Assembly (NCBI GenBank): GCA_965208325.1
Contig: OZ242326.1
Coordinates: 1,568,001 to 1,632,000, forward strand
Length of the DNA stretch: 64,000 nucleotides
Direction: 5' to 3'
Origin: Candidatus Poribacteria bacterium
GTDB taxonomy: Bacteria > Poribacteria > WGA-4E > PCPOR2b
Below are positions 11,089 through 20,674 of the stretch, piece after piece. The translations under genes and the position numbers were made by a program. How positions within the stretch are numbered: the stretch's first letter is position 1; each line of letters begins with the position of its first letter. The notes below the pieces were generated by a model that worked only from the letters and a program-made list of their open reading frames with translations, searched no databases and was not told the DNA's origin.

Positions 11089-12963
11089 CTATTGTGCGCT
11101 TTGCGCTTCGTGCGGCTCCTCCCTCCAAACGAAATTGCCGTCAATATCGCGCACCTTCAAGAATGAGTAGCTACGCAAGCCACCGCCATCGTTTACGGTA
11201 TATTGGATCTGACCCACGAGAGTTCTAACAATCTCACGGACGAAATCAATCGTTGACGGCAGCATTGATCGAATCAACTCAAATTCCGCCCCTGATTCCT
11301 CACCTTCAAACACGACGGGAATCTGCTCGGCAAGCGTATCCACCATCTGTTCAAGCGACCGGGCTGGATTAGAGTAAACCATGTTATTGACCGTCTCTGG
11401 CGCCATACTACGGAATTCTTTAAACTGGGTCTGTGTTAACAGGTTTTCCGCGGTACCGCTCGCACAATCAAGCGCAAGTTTTAGGTCTGCGAGTCCGGTG
11501 GAAACCAACACATATTGCTCGGTTACAACGTAGCTCAGTTGATATGGTATGTTAGGGAGTGCAGCCGTGCGAATCTGGTGCCCGGCATGGTCGACCGTCT
11601 CCCAGTTCAGCGCCACGCCCATGGTTGCTCCCAAAGTCATCGCAACCATATCTGTTAATTGTCCGAGACTATCTCCCGCTTTTTCGCTGTCTGACGTTTG
11701 AATTGAAAGCAGGAATTGCGGCAATGCGCCGCCTGTACCAACGCCCATTGGGGGCGATAACATGGTGAACCCCGTTTGGAAGAATGCAATTTCATTTCCC
11801 ATCCACGAAAGTAGATCACTTTCTATGTCGATGTCCATCATTGCCTGAATCTGCTCTAGGCTGTCGAATGCCTCTCGGCTCATTTCAGGCGGCATGGACG
11901 CGACGAAGTTCATCAGCATTTGCCAGAGCTTGGGAAGATCAATGAGATTGGACGCATTATAAGAAATGACGTCAGCGTGCGCGAACTTTATGGAATCGTG
12001 GTGCGTCGGTTCGGCCAACAGCATCTCCCGGAAGTTGTTGGCTGTCGCGTTGGGATTGAGTTTGATGTAGCTCTGCGACACAATCCCATTGTTCGTGAGG
12101 TACGTAACCCCGCCCATCCATTGCATCAGGTCCAACCACTTAATCGCCCGATCTGTTAGCAATCTAATCTCGTCATCCATCTCGTCGCGGACCATTGGAT
12201 AAAACGACTCTGCCAATTCAGGGATTGAGCTTAAATCGAGGTAGAATACCGTCTGGAAGTCGGTCGCGCTTTCACCCTGAAATCGGTCGATATGTTGGAC
12301 AAAATTCGGGTCTTTGGCGAGGCTGGCGTCTGACTTGCCTTGGTAGAGGTCTATTGCCCGGCGTATCGACGCTTCGCCCAAGCTGGCAATCAGAAAGTTG
12401 TCGATCAGCCCGCATGAAATGACCAGGTTCGGCTCAGGCTCGGCTGCCATAAAAAAGTACCCGTTGTATTCGCAGCGTTCCGCCTCTGGTATGTTAGCCA
12501 TTCCGACCATAATCGCCGCCGACAGTAACTCTCCGAGGTCATCTGTTTGATCTATATTGACCATGAGTGTTGGGGAAAATTCACTCAAATCCCGGAACTT
12601 GGGAACGACAATTAGGATTTCCTGACCAAATACTCTAGAAAGGATTGAGAGGCTAGGCCTGATGAGGCGGTGCATTTCCTTTATATCGGCTTCTCTTTCA
12701 AAAACCCCTTGCAGCGGTTCCCAGATTGGCGCTTCAAGAAGTTGCTGCCACGCTCGGGAGTTTTCAATCAGCGCGAGTGCTTCGGCGACGTCCTTCGTTT
12801 GCATCACGAGTAGGGCATCTGCCGGAGCAATGTCCATGAGGGATGGAGTGGGCGCCGCCTCAGCTACAGGTTCTACGTGCGGTTTCACACCGCATGAACA
12901 GATGCTAATGAGAAATATGAGAATAATTGCGAGGATATGATATGTGCTGTTTCTTTCGGTCAT
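11089..12963 (-). CDS. Lipoprotein, DUF3352-like
   Basis: Signal peptide with lipobox-like ICSC; internally repeated fold; LLSWMGNEIA motif. Confidence 0.55.
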   Translation of the reverse strand: MTERNSTYHILAIILIFLISICSCGVKPHVEPVAEAAPTPSLMDIAPADALLVMQTKDVAEALALIENSRAWQQLLEAPIWEPLQGVFEREADIKEMHRLIRPSLSILSRVFGQEILIVVPKFRDLSEFSPTLMVNIDQTDDLGELLSAAIMVGMANIPEAERCEYNGYFFMAAEPEPNLVISCGLIDNFLIASLGEASIRRAIDLYQGKSDASLAKDPNFVQHIDRFQGESATDFQTVFYLDLSSIPELAESFYPMVRDEMDDEIRLLTDRAIKWLDLMQWMGGVTYLTNNGIVSQSYIKLNPNATANNFREMLLAEPTHHDSIKFAHADVISYNASNLIDLPKLWQMLMNFVASMPPEMSREAFDSLEQIQAMMDIDIESDLLSWMGNEIAFFQTGFTMLSPPMGVGTGGALPQFLLSIQTSDSEKAGDSLGQLTDMVAMTLGATMGVALNWETVDHAGHQIRTAALPNIPYQLSYVVTEQYVLVSTGLADLKLALDCASGTAENLLTQTQFKEFRSMAPETVNNMVYSNPARSLEQMVDTLAEQIPVVFEGEESGAEFELIRSMLPSTIDFVREIVRTLVGQIQYTVNDGGGLRSYSFLKVRDIDGNFVWREEPHEAQSAQ

Positions 12964-13049
12964 TTGAATAACTCCTAGTAAGAATTAGGGTGGTTCAAAA
13001 AAGGTTGGAATTGAAATATGGATTCGCGCTATCCAACCTACACACTTTT

Positions 13050-13682
13050 TCAACTTGCAGAAGAGGGAGAAAACACGTCGCTGAACTTTGGCAGCCACCG
13101 CGTGAACAGCGCCACGGCTTCTTCATCTTGACGGTTCAGAGAGAACATATAGCGGCCTTTGCCCGCGTAAGACAGTGTATAGCGACCGCGGGCTGTTGGC
13201 CCCATAGCAACCATTCCAACCGCTCGTCCGATGTCGAACCGACCTCTTGGTGCAGACCACTTGTCGATTGCCCCATAACGCGAACCTGCGCCAAGCGCGA
13301 TTACTCCAAGCGCATTGCCGCCGAACGCGAAGATGCCCACGGAGTACCCACCAAAGGCAAAGATACCGACGGAACCCCCTCCTACCGCGAAGACACCAAT
13401 AGAGCATGGACCAACAGCAATCACGCCAACTGTCACAATTCCAACAGCGATTATCCCGATAGTGATGAACCCGAATGTCTCTTCGCCCAGCCCGGTGTGG
13501 TAACCAAAATTAACGATTGAGCGGATTAACGACGGAAGTTCCGAGTTTATTGCCCGGACTAACATGGGGACTAAAAACAGCGAAAAAGCAACGACAAATA
13601 AAATTGAAACGCCTATATTCCATCTACGAAAATAGGCGTCAAACGTCTCTTGGAAAGATTTGGGGCACATTTCTCTTGACAT
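13050..13682 (-). CDS. Membrane protein with Gly-rich hydrophobic repeats
   Basis: GGAGG SD before ATG 13682; GIIAVG/GVIAVG/GVFAVGG/GIFAFGG/GVIALG repeats. Confidence 0.65.
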   Translation of the reverse strand: MSREMCPKSFQETFDAYFRRWNIGVSILFVVAFSLFLVPMLVRAINSELPSLIRSIVNFGYHTGLGEETFGFITIGIIAVGIVTVGVIAVGPCSIGVFAVGGGSVGIFAFGGYSVGIFAFGGNALGVIALGAGSRYGAIDKWSAPRGRFDIGRAVGMVAMGPTARGRYTLSYAGKGRYMFSLNRQDEEAVALFTRWLPKFSDVFSPSSAS

Positions 13683-13771
13683 AAACTCTAGGCCTCCTTC
13701 CACCAAGCAACGCCGTGTAATTGAGAGCTGTAGCTAATCGTTCGCATAGAATCATGGGCGGCGCAGTCTTC

Positions 13772-14034
13772 GTAGGTTGGGTTGAGCGGACTTGGTGAAA
13801 CCAAACGTGTTCGAAGCGATCAGGGGGCGGCAAGGCAAACATCAACAACACGAAGATTTTACCCCCAAATGTAAGCAAAAATTACAGTTTTTACAGTCCA
13901 TAAAAAAAGGGCTTAATGGCGTTGGGTTTAGCAATTGCACTGCGATTAGCTAAGAGGTGAAGACTTGAAGACTATCGCCTTCGCTATCCGCTCAGTTGAT
14001 CGTTGGGTTTCGCCTTCGGCTCTACCCAACCTAC
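13772..14034. repeat. GTAG-type REP doublet (REPIN-like) element, copy 1
   Basis: Begins GTAGGTTGGGT and ends ACCCAACCTAC (inverted); interior shared with 15239-15552 and 19228-19554. Confidence 0.8.
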
Positions 14035-14070
14035 AAGAACTGGTGACTCCTATTAGGATTCATCTGGGAA

Positions 14071-14197
14071 TTTCACAGTTTGCACAGTAAACTGAAACGC
14101 ATCGGACATCAAACTGAGGTTCGGGAAGCGCTAAATGCAGTCTGGGACTGCATTCCTTTCGGTTATTCTCCAAAAATAGGAAATCCTAACTGTGAAA
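14071..14197. mobile_element. 127-bp MITE-like element, copy 1
   Basis: 10-bp terminal inverted repeats TTTCACAGTT/AACTGTGAAA; second same-length copy at 15062-15188. Confidence 0.6.
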
Positions 14198-14401
14198 CTT
14201 TGCCGCTTCTTGGAGCACGGAAAAAATCAATTGCGGCACAATCGTCGCGCGCCGCACATAAAGCGTCAGTTTAGGAAGATGCAGGTAAGAAAGTACTTGC
14301 TAAACTCAGGCTAGACGCAGCGAATAAATTTTGAAGTTGAGCGCCGATGAACTTGCTGATGCAGTTATTGAGCAGTTGCAATGTTACGGTGAAAAAGCAG
14401 T

Positions 14402-14632
14402 TTAGAGGGAGCTGGATAACCGAAAGTATTCTTCTCTGCTCATACCAACAGTTCGCATGTTGTTTCTAATTACAGTGACCGGCACCTCGTGATAGCGGGG
14501 AATCACGACGGCACGTTTGGCATTGGGATGGTGATAGATTAAATGATCTCCTTTTTGCCGGACATATACACAACCAAACGCTTCAAAAATTTTCACTTGG
14601 GTTTGCCAATCTGTTGGTGAAAGTCTCGGCAT
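14402..14632 (-). CDS. hicA: HicA-family toxin (mRNA interferase)
   Basis: RQKGDH catalytic His motif, VVIPRY; ATG overlaps the hicB stop (TAATG). Confidence 0.85.
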   Translation of the reverse strand: MPRLSPTDWQTQVKIFEAFGCVYVRQKGDHLIYHHPNAKRAVVIPRYHEVPVTVIRNNMRTVGMSREEYFRLSSSL

Positions 14633-14916
14633 TAAAGAACCCAAAGAGGAACGGTACGCTGATTAAAAGCAACTACATGTTTGTCAAGCTGAAGGGTTGG
14701 TTTCGTAGTCTCCAAATCATAACCGGCATCCTCTAAAAAAGCCTTGAGTGTTCCAAGTTTAGCTGTTTCTTCAAGTTGAATCTCAATAACCTCAAGGAGA
14801 TTTTTTCTCGCCTGTTCAACATCGCTTCCGCAACTTGCAACATCTAGCTCTGGACAGTAAGCGGTGTACATGTTGCCCTCTTGCCAAATTTCTTCCGTGA
14901 CGACGAGGTTTTTCAT
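14632..14916 (-). CDS. hicB: HicB-family antitoxin (short, no DNA-binding domain)
   Basis: YTAYCPELDVASCG..VEQARKNLLE. Confidence 0.85.
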   Translation of the reverse strand: MKNLVVTEEIWQEGNMYTAYCPELDVASCGSDVEQARKNLLEVIEIQLEETAKLGTLKAFLEDAGYDLETTKPTLQLDKHVVAFNQRTVPLWVL

Positions 14917-15061
14917 TGTTTACCCCAAATACTGGTTAATATTCTTCGTGAAATAAAACTGCAGGACCTGTATCCAACGTCAAGGATAGGCTCAACCCTG
15001 CTCATTCACAATTATATCACTCCAATCAAGAAACGGCAAAGTCTTTCCAAGAGAGTTCGCA

Positions 15062-15188
15062 TTTCACAGTTTTCACAGTAAATTGAAACGGATCGGACAT
15101 CAAACTGAGGTTCGGGAAGCGCTAAACGCAGTCTGGGACTGCATCTCTTTCGGTTATTCGCCAAAAACAGAAAATCCTAACTGTGAAA
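15062..15188. mobile_element. 127-bp MITE-like element, copy 2
   Basis: Direct repeat of 14071-14197 with the same TIRs. Confidence 0.6.
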
Positions 15189-15238
15189 CTTCGCAGCTTC
15201 TTCGAGCAACGAGAAATATAATTACGGCACAAGTCTTC

Positions 15239-15552
15239 GTAGGTTGGGTTGAGCGGTTTTGGTGAAGCCTAACGCATTCGAAGCGTTCAGGGGGAGGGCA
15301 AGGCAAATTTCAACAACACGAAGATTTTACCCTCACATGTCAGCGAAAATTACAGTTTTTACAGTCCATAAAAAAAAGGGCTTAATGGCGTTGGGTTTAG
15401 CAATTGCACTGCGATTAGCTAAGAGGTGAAGACTATCGCACTCGCTGTTCGGGCGCTTGCTCCGAGGGAAACCTATCGCGCTCCTTATCCAGTCGCTTGA
15501 TCTATCCGCTCATTTGATCGTTGGGTTTCGTCTTCGCCTCTACCCAACCTAC
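15239..15552. repeat. GTAG-type REP doublet element, copy 2
   Basis: Same termini and interior as 13772-14034, with extra internal copies of the GACTATCGC motif. Confidence 0.8.
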
Positions 15553-15991
15553 TGCATTACAATGACTACGATTATAGCGGAAACGATGAATTTCGTGAAT
15601 GCACAGCGGTGCTGAAATTGCGTTTGAAAGAGGGAAAATTCTGGAAATTCGATTTACTTATTTTGTGAGTATTTTAGATGCGGAAAAATAAGCGAAAATG
15701 GGCGAAACACTAGTCAGGGTACGGGTTCGCGGCGTTGAGTATTTGTGAGTATTTGAGAAAATAAGTTGAGAATGCTCACTTATGACGGCTCTTAAGTGTC
15801 GGACGTGTCAGATCCGATCGCGCTCTGAGCAGTCCTTTCGGTTGGGATAACGGTGTATGTTTCGCCGACCGTGCACCGCTAGCTTAAGAGGGGTAGACTA
15901 TCGCAGTCACTATGCGCTCCTTTGATCGCTCACTATTCGTCCGCTTGAACTATTCGCTCAGTTGATCGCTTGTTCACAATCCAACGTGAAT

Positions 15992-17140
15992 TTAGGTTGG
16001 ATTGGCATTATTCTGCGCCTTATCTTTCGGGGGTAATTCTGCGGCGGTTTCAGCGGCGCGGGTCGGCGGCGGATCGTTGTTGGCATCGGCTGCGCCGTGT
16101 TTGCCGTTTTTGCTATTCCTCCGCGACAGAGTGCCAAGGAGAGAATCTAGCTTCGCTGTGTCCGTTGATTGAGGTACGTTCTCGTTTTGAAAAATGCTAG
16201 AAAGGTCGACTTTTCCCGACAGAATTGCTTCTGCCAACTTTTTACTCTCGTCTGAATTGGCTTCCCGATTAATTTTAATTTCTTCGTCTCTCCGATTCGG
16301 CGTATAGGACTTCCAATCGTCAGAAAGCAGCGACCTGTAGATTTCAAGCAGTTCTTCAAAGCTGATGGCGTCTCCGCCGAACACCTCCTCGTAAAGTTCA
16401 GGATTGTCGAGCTCTCTCCTCATTTGCTTAATGGAAGGTAGTTTCTTGTGTCCGTTTTTGCACAACATCTCCCAAAGCTCCTTGACGTAGACATCAGGAA
16501 TTTCGTAGTCCAAGGGATAAACCCCACCATTAACATGCTGGGCGTCTCGCCCGGTGCCGGTCTCGATTTGGTTGGACTTGGCTAGCTCGAAGGGTTCGGA
16601 CGCCGCCCAAGTCGAGCGCCGCGTGTCCGGGTAAGGGACCAATCCGTCCCCGGCTTTGTTCTCGGGATGTTGGTCTAGCCGTTCACTGAATCGCACGGCG
16701 TGATTGATGTCTTGCCTTACGGTGATTCCCATTTGTGTCAAGAGTTCGACGAGGCTTTTTAGCGCGAATACGATTTTAGGCAATTCACTTACCGTTACCG
16801 TTGAAAAATCAAACCGAATTTCTGATAACCCGTGGGCGAAGGCGGCAGCGGTCTCGCAGACGGCGGCAACGAGCGTGCCTTTCTTTTCGGCGAGGTATTG
16901 TGCGCGTTTAGCGGTCAGTGCGATTTGGAACGAGAACACAGACGATTTGGGGTTGCAGGTACGAATTGCATCGCGCACGTATTTTCGGTCTTTATCTAAG
17001 TCGCCGGTGGTCGCGTCGGGTTTCCACCGCATGACCTCATCTACAACTTGCGACGTTGTGTAAAACTGAGCGTATAGATCTACGACGTCGAGTTTTTCTT
17101 CGTCCGTCAATTGATATGGATTTCTTTTGCGCTTTGGCAT
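15992..17140 (-). CDS. Hypothetical protein; N-terminus resembles DUF2280/phage HTH-like domain
   Basis: AGGAG SD; 382-aa ORF; LTDEEKLDVVDLYAQFYTTSQVVDEV; low-complexity C-terminal tail. Confidence 0.55.
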   Translation of the reverse strand: MPKRKRNPYQLTDEEKLDVVDLYAQFYTTSQVVDEVMRWKPDATTGDLDKDRKYVRDAIRTCNPKSSVFSFQIALTAKRAQYLAEKKGTLVAAVCETAAAFAHGLSEIRFDFSTVTVSELPKIVFALKSLVELLTQMGITVRQDINHAVRFSERLDQHPENKAGDGLVPYPDTRRSTWAASEPFELAKSNQIETGTGRDAQHVNGGVYPLDYEIPDVYVKELWEMLCKNGHKKLPSIKQMRRELDNPELYEEVFGGDAISFEELLEIYRSLLSDDWKSYTPNRRDEEIKINREANSDESKKLAEAILSGKVDLSSIFQNENVPQSTDTAKLDSLLGTLSRRNSKNGKHGAADANNDPPPTRAAETAAELPPKDKAQNNANPT

Positions 17141-17336
17141 TATGTTCTCCTTCTAGCGCAAAGCGTCTAACTTAAAAAGCCAGACGCCGTGCGGGTTTTG
17201 TATTTTCGGATTTGCGCCTTTTTGCGCTATTGGGCGCGAGCGCAAAGTTTTGCGGCGTACGAGTTCAAATGTTAATTTAAGGGTGATGTAGGTTGGGTTA
17301 AAGGATTATAATGAGCGGAGAATACTATGGCCTTCG

Positions 17337-17789
17337 CTAGCGATGTTCCTTTAAATGAAGTATATCCCATTGTGAATTTGAATTGGTGTCAGCCGTATGC
17401 TTTAATGACCCGCGCAATCCAGACTCTTTGTATTCACTTACAGCAGCCATTGCGGCAGCGATGTCCTCCACAAGTTTTGCATTGAGTGTGCCTCGTCGCC
17501 GAATAAAGTTCTTCACGTCCACCCACTGGCTTTTTGTGATGTGGGCAGCGGAGGGCATTGTTAGCCCGTTGCATTTGTATGGCTTAATTTGAACAATGCA
17601 AATGATACCGGAAAATTCGTCGGTCCAATTCGAAATTGGTACGACCCACCTCGTGGTCAGGCATTCCAACGCATCGGAGCTTATAATCACGGCAGGTTTG
17701 GGTTTCTGAGGTTTAGCACCAGCGTTAGATTCGAGAATCACATCCCAAACCTCTCCTCGGCGCGGATTAATTGGTTTTGGCTTCGACAA
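17337..17789 (-). CDS. PemK/MazF-family toxin, possibly catalytically degenerate
   Basis: RRGEVWDV, PAVIISSD, VVPIS, NGLTMPS; TTG start with AAAGGAGG SD inside the upstream gene. Confidence 0.8.
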   Translation of the reverse strand: MSKPKPINPRRGEVWDVILESNAGAKPQKPKPAVIISSDALECLTTRWVVPISNWTDEFSGIICIVQIKPYKCNGLTMPSAAHITKSQWVDVKNFIRRRGTLNAKLVEDIAAAMAAVSEYKESGLRGSLKHTADTNSNSQWDILHLKEHR

Positions 17790-18951
17790 TGTCGCCTCCT
17801 TTCAAATCGCGCCATTCAGAATCGTTTTCATAGTGATCAGCCATCTGTTTCGCTTGTTCCCTTAGCAGGTTGCGCCGCATCGCCGTTGGGAGTTGCATAA
17901 ATGCGCGTCGATCGGTCAATGTCCGCGGCAAGGAGGACTCAAGGGTGTCGTTGAGCAGCTGATCGGATTCTACCTCACCTATCAATCCTTCGGAGAGGGC
18001 GCGGTACACCTGCAAATAAAAACGCTTCGGTTTTTCAGGCGGAATCCGGATTGGCTCTTGCTTTTTCCAGCCCAATTTGTTGATTTCTATCCACCACTCC
18101 TTGGCGTGGGAATCTGAAATATTTTCCAACTCTTTCAAACGGTAAAGAATCGCCTGAATGCTCATCCCATAGCGCCATTTGAGAGTGAGGAGATCGTCCT
18201 TGCGGATGCGCTGTCGTTTGGTGCCAAACTCACGACGCAACTCTTCGGCGGGTGCAAGAAACGCACCGCCGAATCTAAATGCGGCTTTTTCCGAGTCGAC
18301 GTTTTCGCTTAAATTTAGCGTTAGATGTCCAAGTTCGTGCGCGATGTTGAGTCGATGCCGGTCGCCCCATGTGTCTCGGCGCACTGCAATTGCCGCCGAT
18401 AGTACGTTTCCCTCGTCGTCACGCGCCACGGAGGAAATGCCATCAAATTCCTCACCCGCGTCAATTTGTATGACGTGCACGTCGTGGTCTTCAAGTAAAT
18501 CGACGAGGTTTTCAATCGGACCAATGCCTAATTTCCAATGGCGCCGAAGCGCGAGGGCAGCGCCCTCCGCATCGTCTATTTTGGTAATCGGAAGTGCATG
18601 AATTAAAAAGTCGAGTGTCTTGAGTTCACCGATTCGTTCCTGAAATGTGACGCGTTTCTCCAACAGCTCAGCGACGAAACTCTCTAGTTGCCGCTGTTTT
18701 TTCTTACCCAAGCGCGAACGTTTCCGATAAGCAACGTGTTCTACACGACAAATCGGTTCGCCCCATAATAGGGCGGATTTGACACCGAACGCGGCGGCAA
18801 TTCGATTGAGTGCGCTCGCGGACGGGCGCATCATACCTCGCTCATACTTCGACAACGCTTGCTTGGTAACTTTCCCGGCAATGGCTGCCTCTAGATCGTC
18901 GAGCGACATGCCTCGTGCAAGTCTAAATCTTTTCAATCGTTCGGCTAACAT
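17767..18951 (-). CDS. XRE HTH - ImmA/IrrE (peptidase M78) fusion with antitoxin-like C-terminal tail
   Basis: N-terminal HTH (KQALSKYERG), AHELGH, FGGAFLAP, YGMSIQA. Confidence 0.9.
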   Translation of the reverse strand: MLAERLKRFRLARGMSLDDLEAAIAGKVTKQALSKYERGMMRPSASALNRIAAAFGVKSALLWGEPICRVEHVAYRKRSRLGKKKQRQLESFVAELLEKRVTFQERIGELKTLDFLIHALPITKIDDAEGAALALRRHWKLGIGPIENLVDLLEDHDVHVIQIDAGEEFDGISSVARDDEGNVLSAAIAVRRDTWGDRHRLNIAHELGHLTLNLSENVDSEKAAFRFGGAFLAPAEELRREFGTKRQRIRKDDLLTLKWRYGMSIQAILYRLKELENISDSHAKEWWIEINKLGWKKQEPIRIPPEKPKRFYLQVYRALSEGLIGEVESDQLLNDTLESSLPRTLTDRRAFMQLPTAMRRNLLREQAKQMADHYENDSEWRDLKGGDIVEAKTN

Positions 18952-19043
18952 GGTTGTTCTTGTCCGATGTGTTCAAAGCAAGGTGCATTTCCTCAATATA
19001 AAATAAACGCGATGGTTGACAAATTTATTCCAGATATGGGAAT

Positions 19044-19072
19044 ATTATAAACCACAGAAATGAAAAATACAA
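19044..19072 (-). promoter_or_regulatory. Sigma-70-type promoter for the XRE/ImmA-PemK operon
   Basis: TTGTAT-17 bp-TATAAT on the minus strand. Confidence 0.55.
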
Positions 19073-19227
19073 GGGAATTTTTGATTTTTTTTGGAGGGTA
19101 AGGGATTCTGGACGGTGTAGTTACGATGTGAGAATATGGAAACAAGACATCGGAGGATTTAAGGGTAGTTTTAAAAAAGGAACGGGTTGGTCAAATGAGG
19201 GTATGGAAGACTTTAGTTACCAAGTAT

Positions 19228-19554
19228 GTAGGTTGGGTTGAGCGAACTCGCGAATCCCAAAGTATTTTAAGCGTTGAAGGCGACACGATGCTAATGTCAA
19301 CTACGCGAAAATTGAACTCACAAATATCAGCGAAATTTACAATTTTTACAGTCCATAAAAAATGGGGAATATTGCAACAATGCTAGTCCTCGGGCGGGCT
19401 TCAAGGCGTTGCGTTTAGCCAATTTCGCCGCGATTGGTTAAGAGGTAAAGACTTAAAGACTTGAAGACTATCGCACTCCCTGTTCGGACGCTTGATCCTT
19501 CGCAATTCGTTCAGTTGATTGTTGGATTTCGCAAGCCCGCTCAACCCAACCCAC
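19228..19554. repeat. GTAG-type REP doublet element, diverged copy 3
   Basis: GTAGGTTGGGTTGAGCG ... CGCTCAACCCAACCCAC; shared interior TTTTTACAGTCCATAAAAAA. Confidence 0.75.
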
Positions 19555-20674
19555 ATTCACTGAGTTTTTTTGGGAAGTTCTCAACAGCTGCCGCTTCCCA
19601 ATTTGGATAAGCATCGGGATCGGCATCGAATTTTTGCCAAGCTTTATTCAGAATCCTCACGGGAGAGCCTGCCGACTCGTCAGTAAACATCTTTGGCGAG
19701 GCTTCTACCAACATTTTATCAATAGTCTGTCGCAGGAAACTCTCATAGGACGGCTCATAGTGTCCATAGTAATCTTCGACAATACCTAGCGTTTTTGCGA
19801 TTGTTTCCCATTCCTTTTCCAGTATATTAGCTTCAACATTGTGATTTTTTCTTCGGACCAAATCGGAGAGCAACCTTACCCGTAAGAATGTTACTGGGTG
19901 AGAGCAGGATGCTAATTCATCAGCGGGCACATGGAATGCCTCACGACCATCCATTCGAAGGTACATTGAAAAAGCCTTTAGAAAAGCCGGACCTCCCATA
20001 TAGAATCCGACTGCATCACAAAATACCTCCTGGAGCCACTGATACCACGTATCCACAATCGAAAACCGCATTTTTTGGTTTTGCTGAGCATAGAAATCGT
20101 TGCGCAGTACATTGGGTTCGAGGATGTCAGCAATGGCTTGTTGAAATTCATGCGTCAGATTATCCATCGCTGACTTGTGACAAGCGTATAGAAGGTGCCC
20201 GTATTCGTGAAAAAAGAGAGGGAGGTAAAGAAGACCATGCTGGTATGAAGGCGGCATAAAATAAATGGCCGGCTCTATGGGCAAGATTTGAAACTCTTCA
20301 TCGCTGAGCGCCACCGGAATCCGTTGCGTATCCAGATGAGACGCATGGAGCCAGAGCAAGACTTTCAGGCATAACCGATCCGAATCTCGTGCCCGTAATA
20401 TGGGGCTCACCTGGTACTGGTTAAACAACCGAAAATTCCGTGTGACGGTTTGGGTGTTACTAAAAATATCGGGTAAGATTTCCTGTTGATGACTGTCAAT
20501 GTCGGCAAGGTTTTGCTTCACCTCCTGTTGAAGGTCATCACATCTCTCAACCACCCAGTCATAGTACGGAATGAGTTCAAAAAGCAAAGACTTTCGTCTG
20601 TTAGAAATAATCGCTTGGAGACTTGTGAGCTGGTTCAGCAAGTCTACGTTGTTTTGTCTGAGGATTTTGAACAA
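19541..20674 (-). CDS. Putative zinc metalloprotease (HExxH gluzincin, M48/U49 Lit-like), pAgo-associated
   Basis: HEYGH (156-160), distal EVFCD (E216), HPxxxxR (H259); TTG start directly abuts the upstream stop, GGAG SD. Confidence 0.65.
   Translation of the reverse strand: MFKILRQNNVDLLNQLTSLQAIISNRRKSLLFELIPYYDWVVERCDDLQQEVKQNLADIDSHQQEILPDIFSNTQTVTRNFRLFNQYQVSPILRARDSDRLCLKVLLWLHASHLDTQRIPVALSDEEFQILPIEPAIYFMPPSYQHGLLYLPLFFHEYGHLLYACHKSAMDNLTHEFQQAIADILEPNVLRNDFYAQQNQKMRFSIVDTWYQWLQEVFCDAVGFYMGGPAFLKAFSMYLRMDGREAFHVPADELASCSHPVTFLRVRLLSDLVRRKNHNVEANILEKEWETIAKTLGIVEDYYGHYEPSYESFLRQTIDKMLVEASPKMFTDESAGSPVRILNKAWQKFDADPDAYPNWEAAAVENFPKKLSECGLG

Noticed and set aside
12990..13520. Antisense and overlapping ORFs here and throughout the track
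   Set aside because: They are shadows of better-supported genes and have no motifs or SD sites.
14080..15265. Paralogous short ORFs at 14080-14274 and 15083-15265
   Set aside because: They are translations of the 127-bp repeat element, with TTG starts and no SD.
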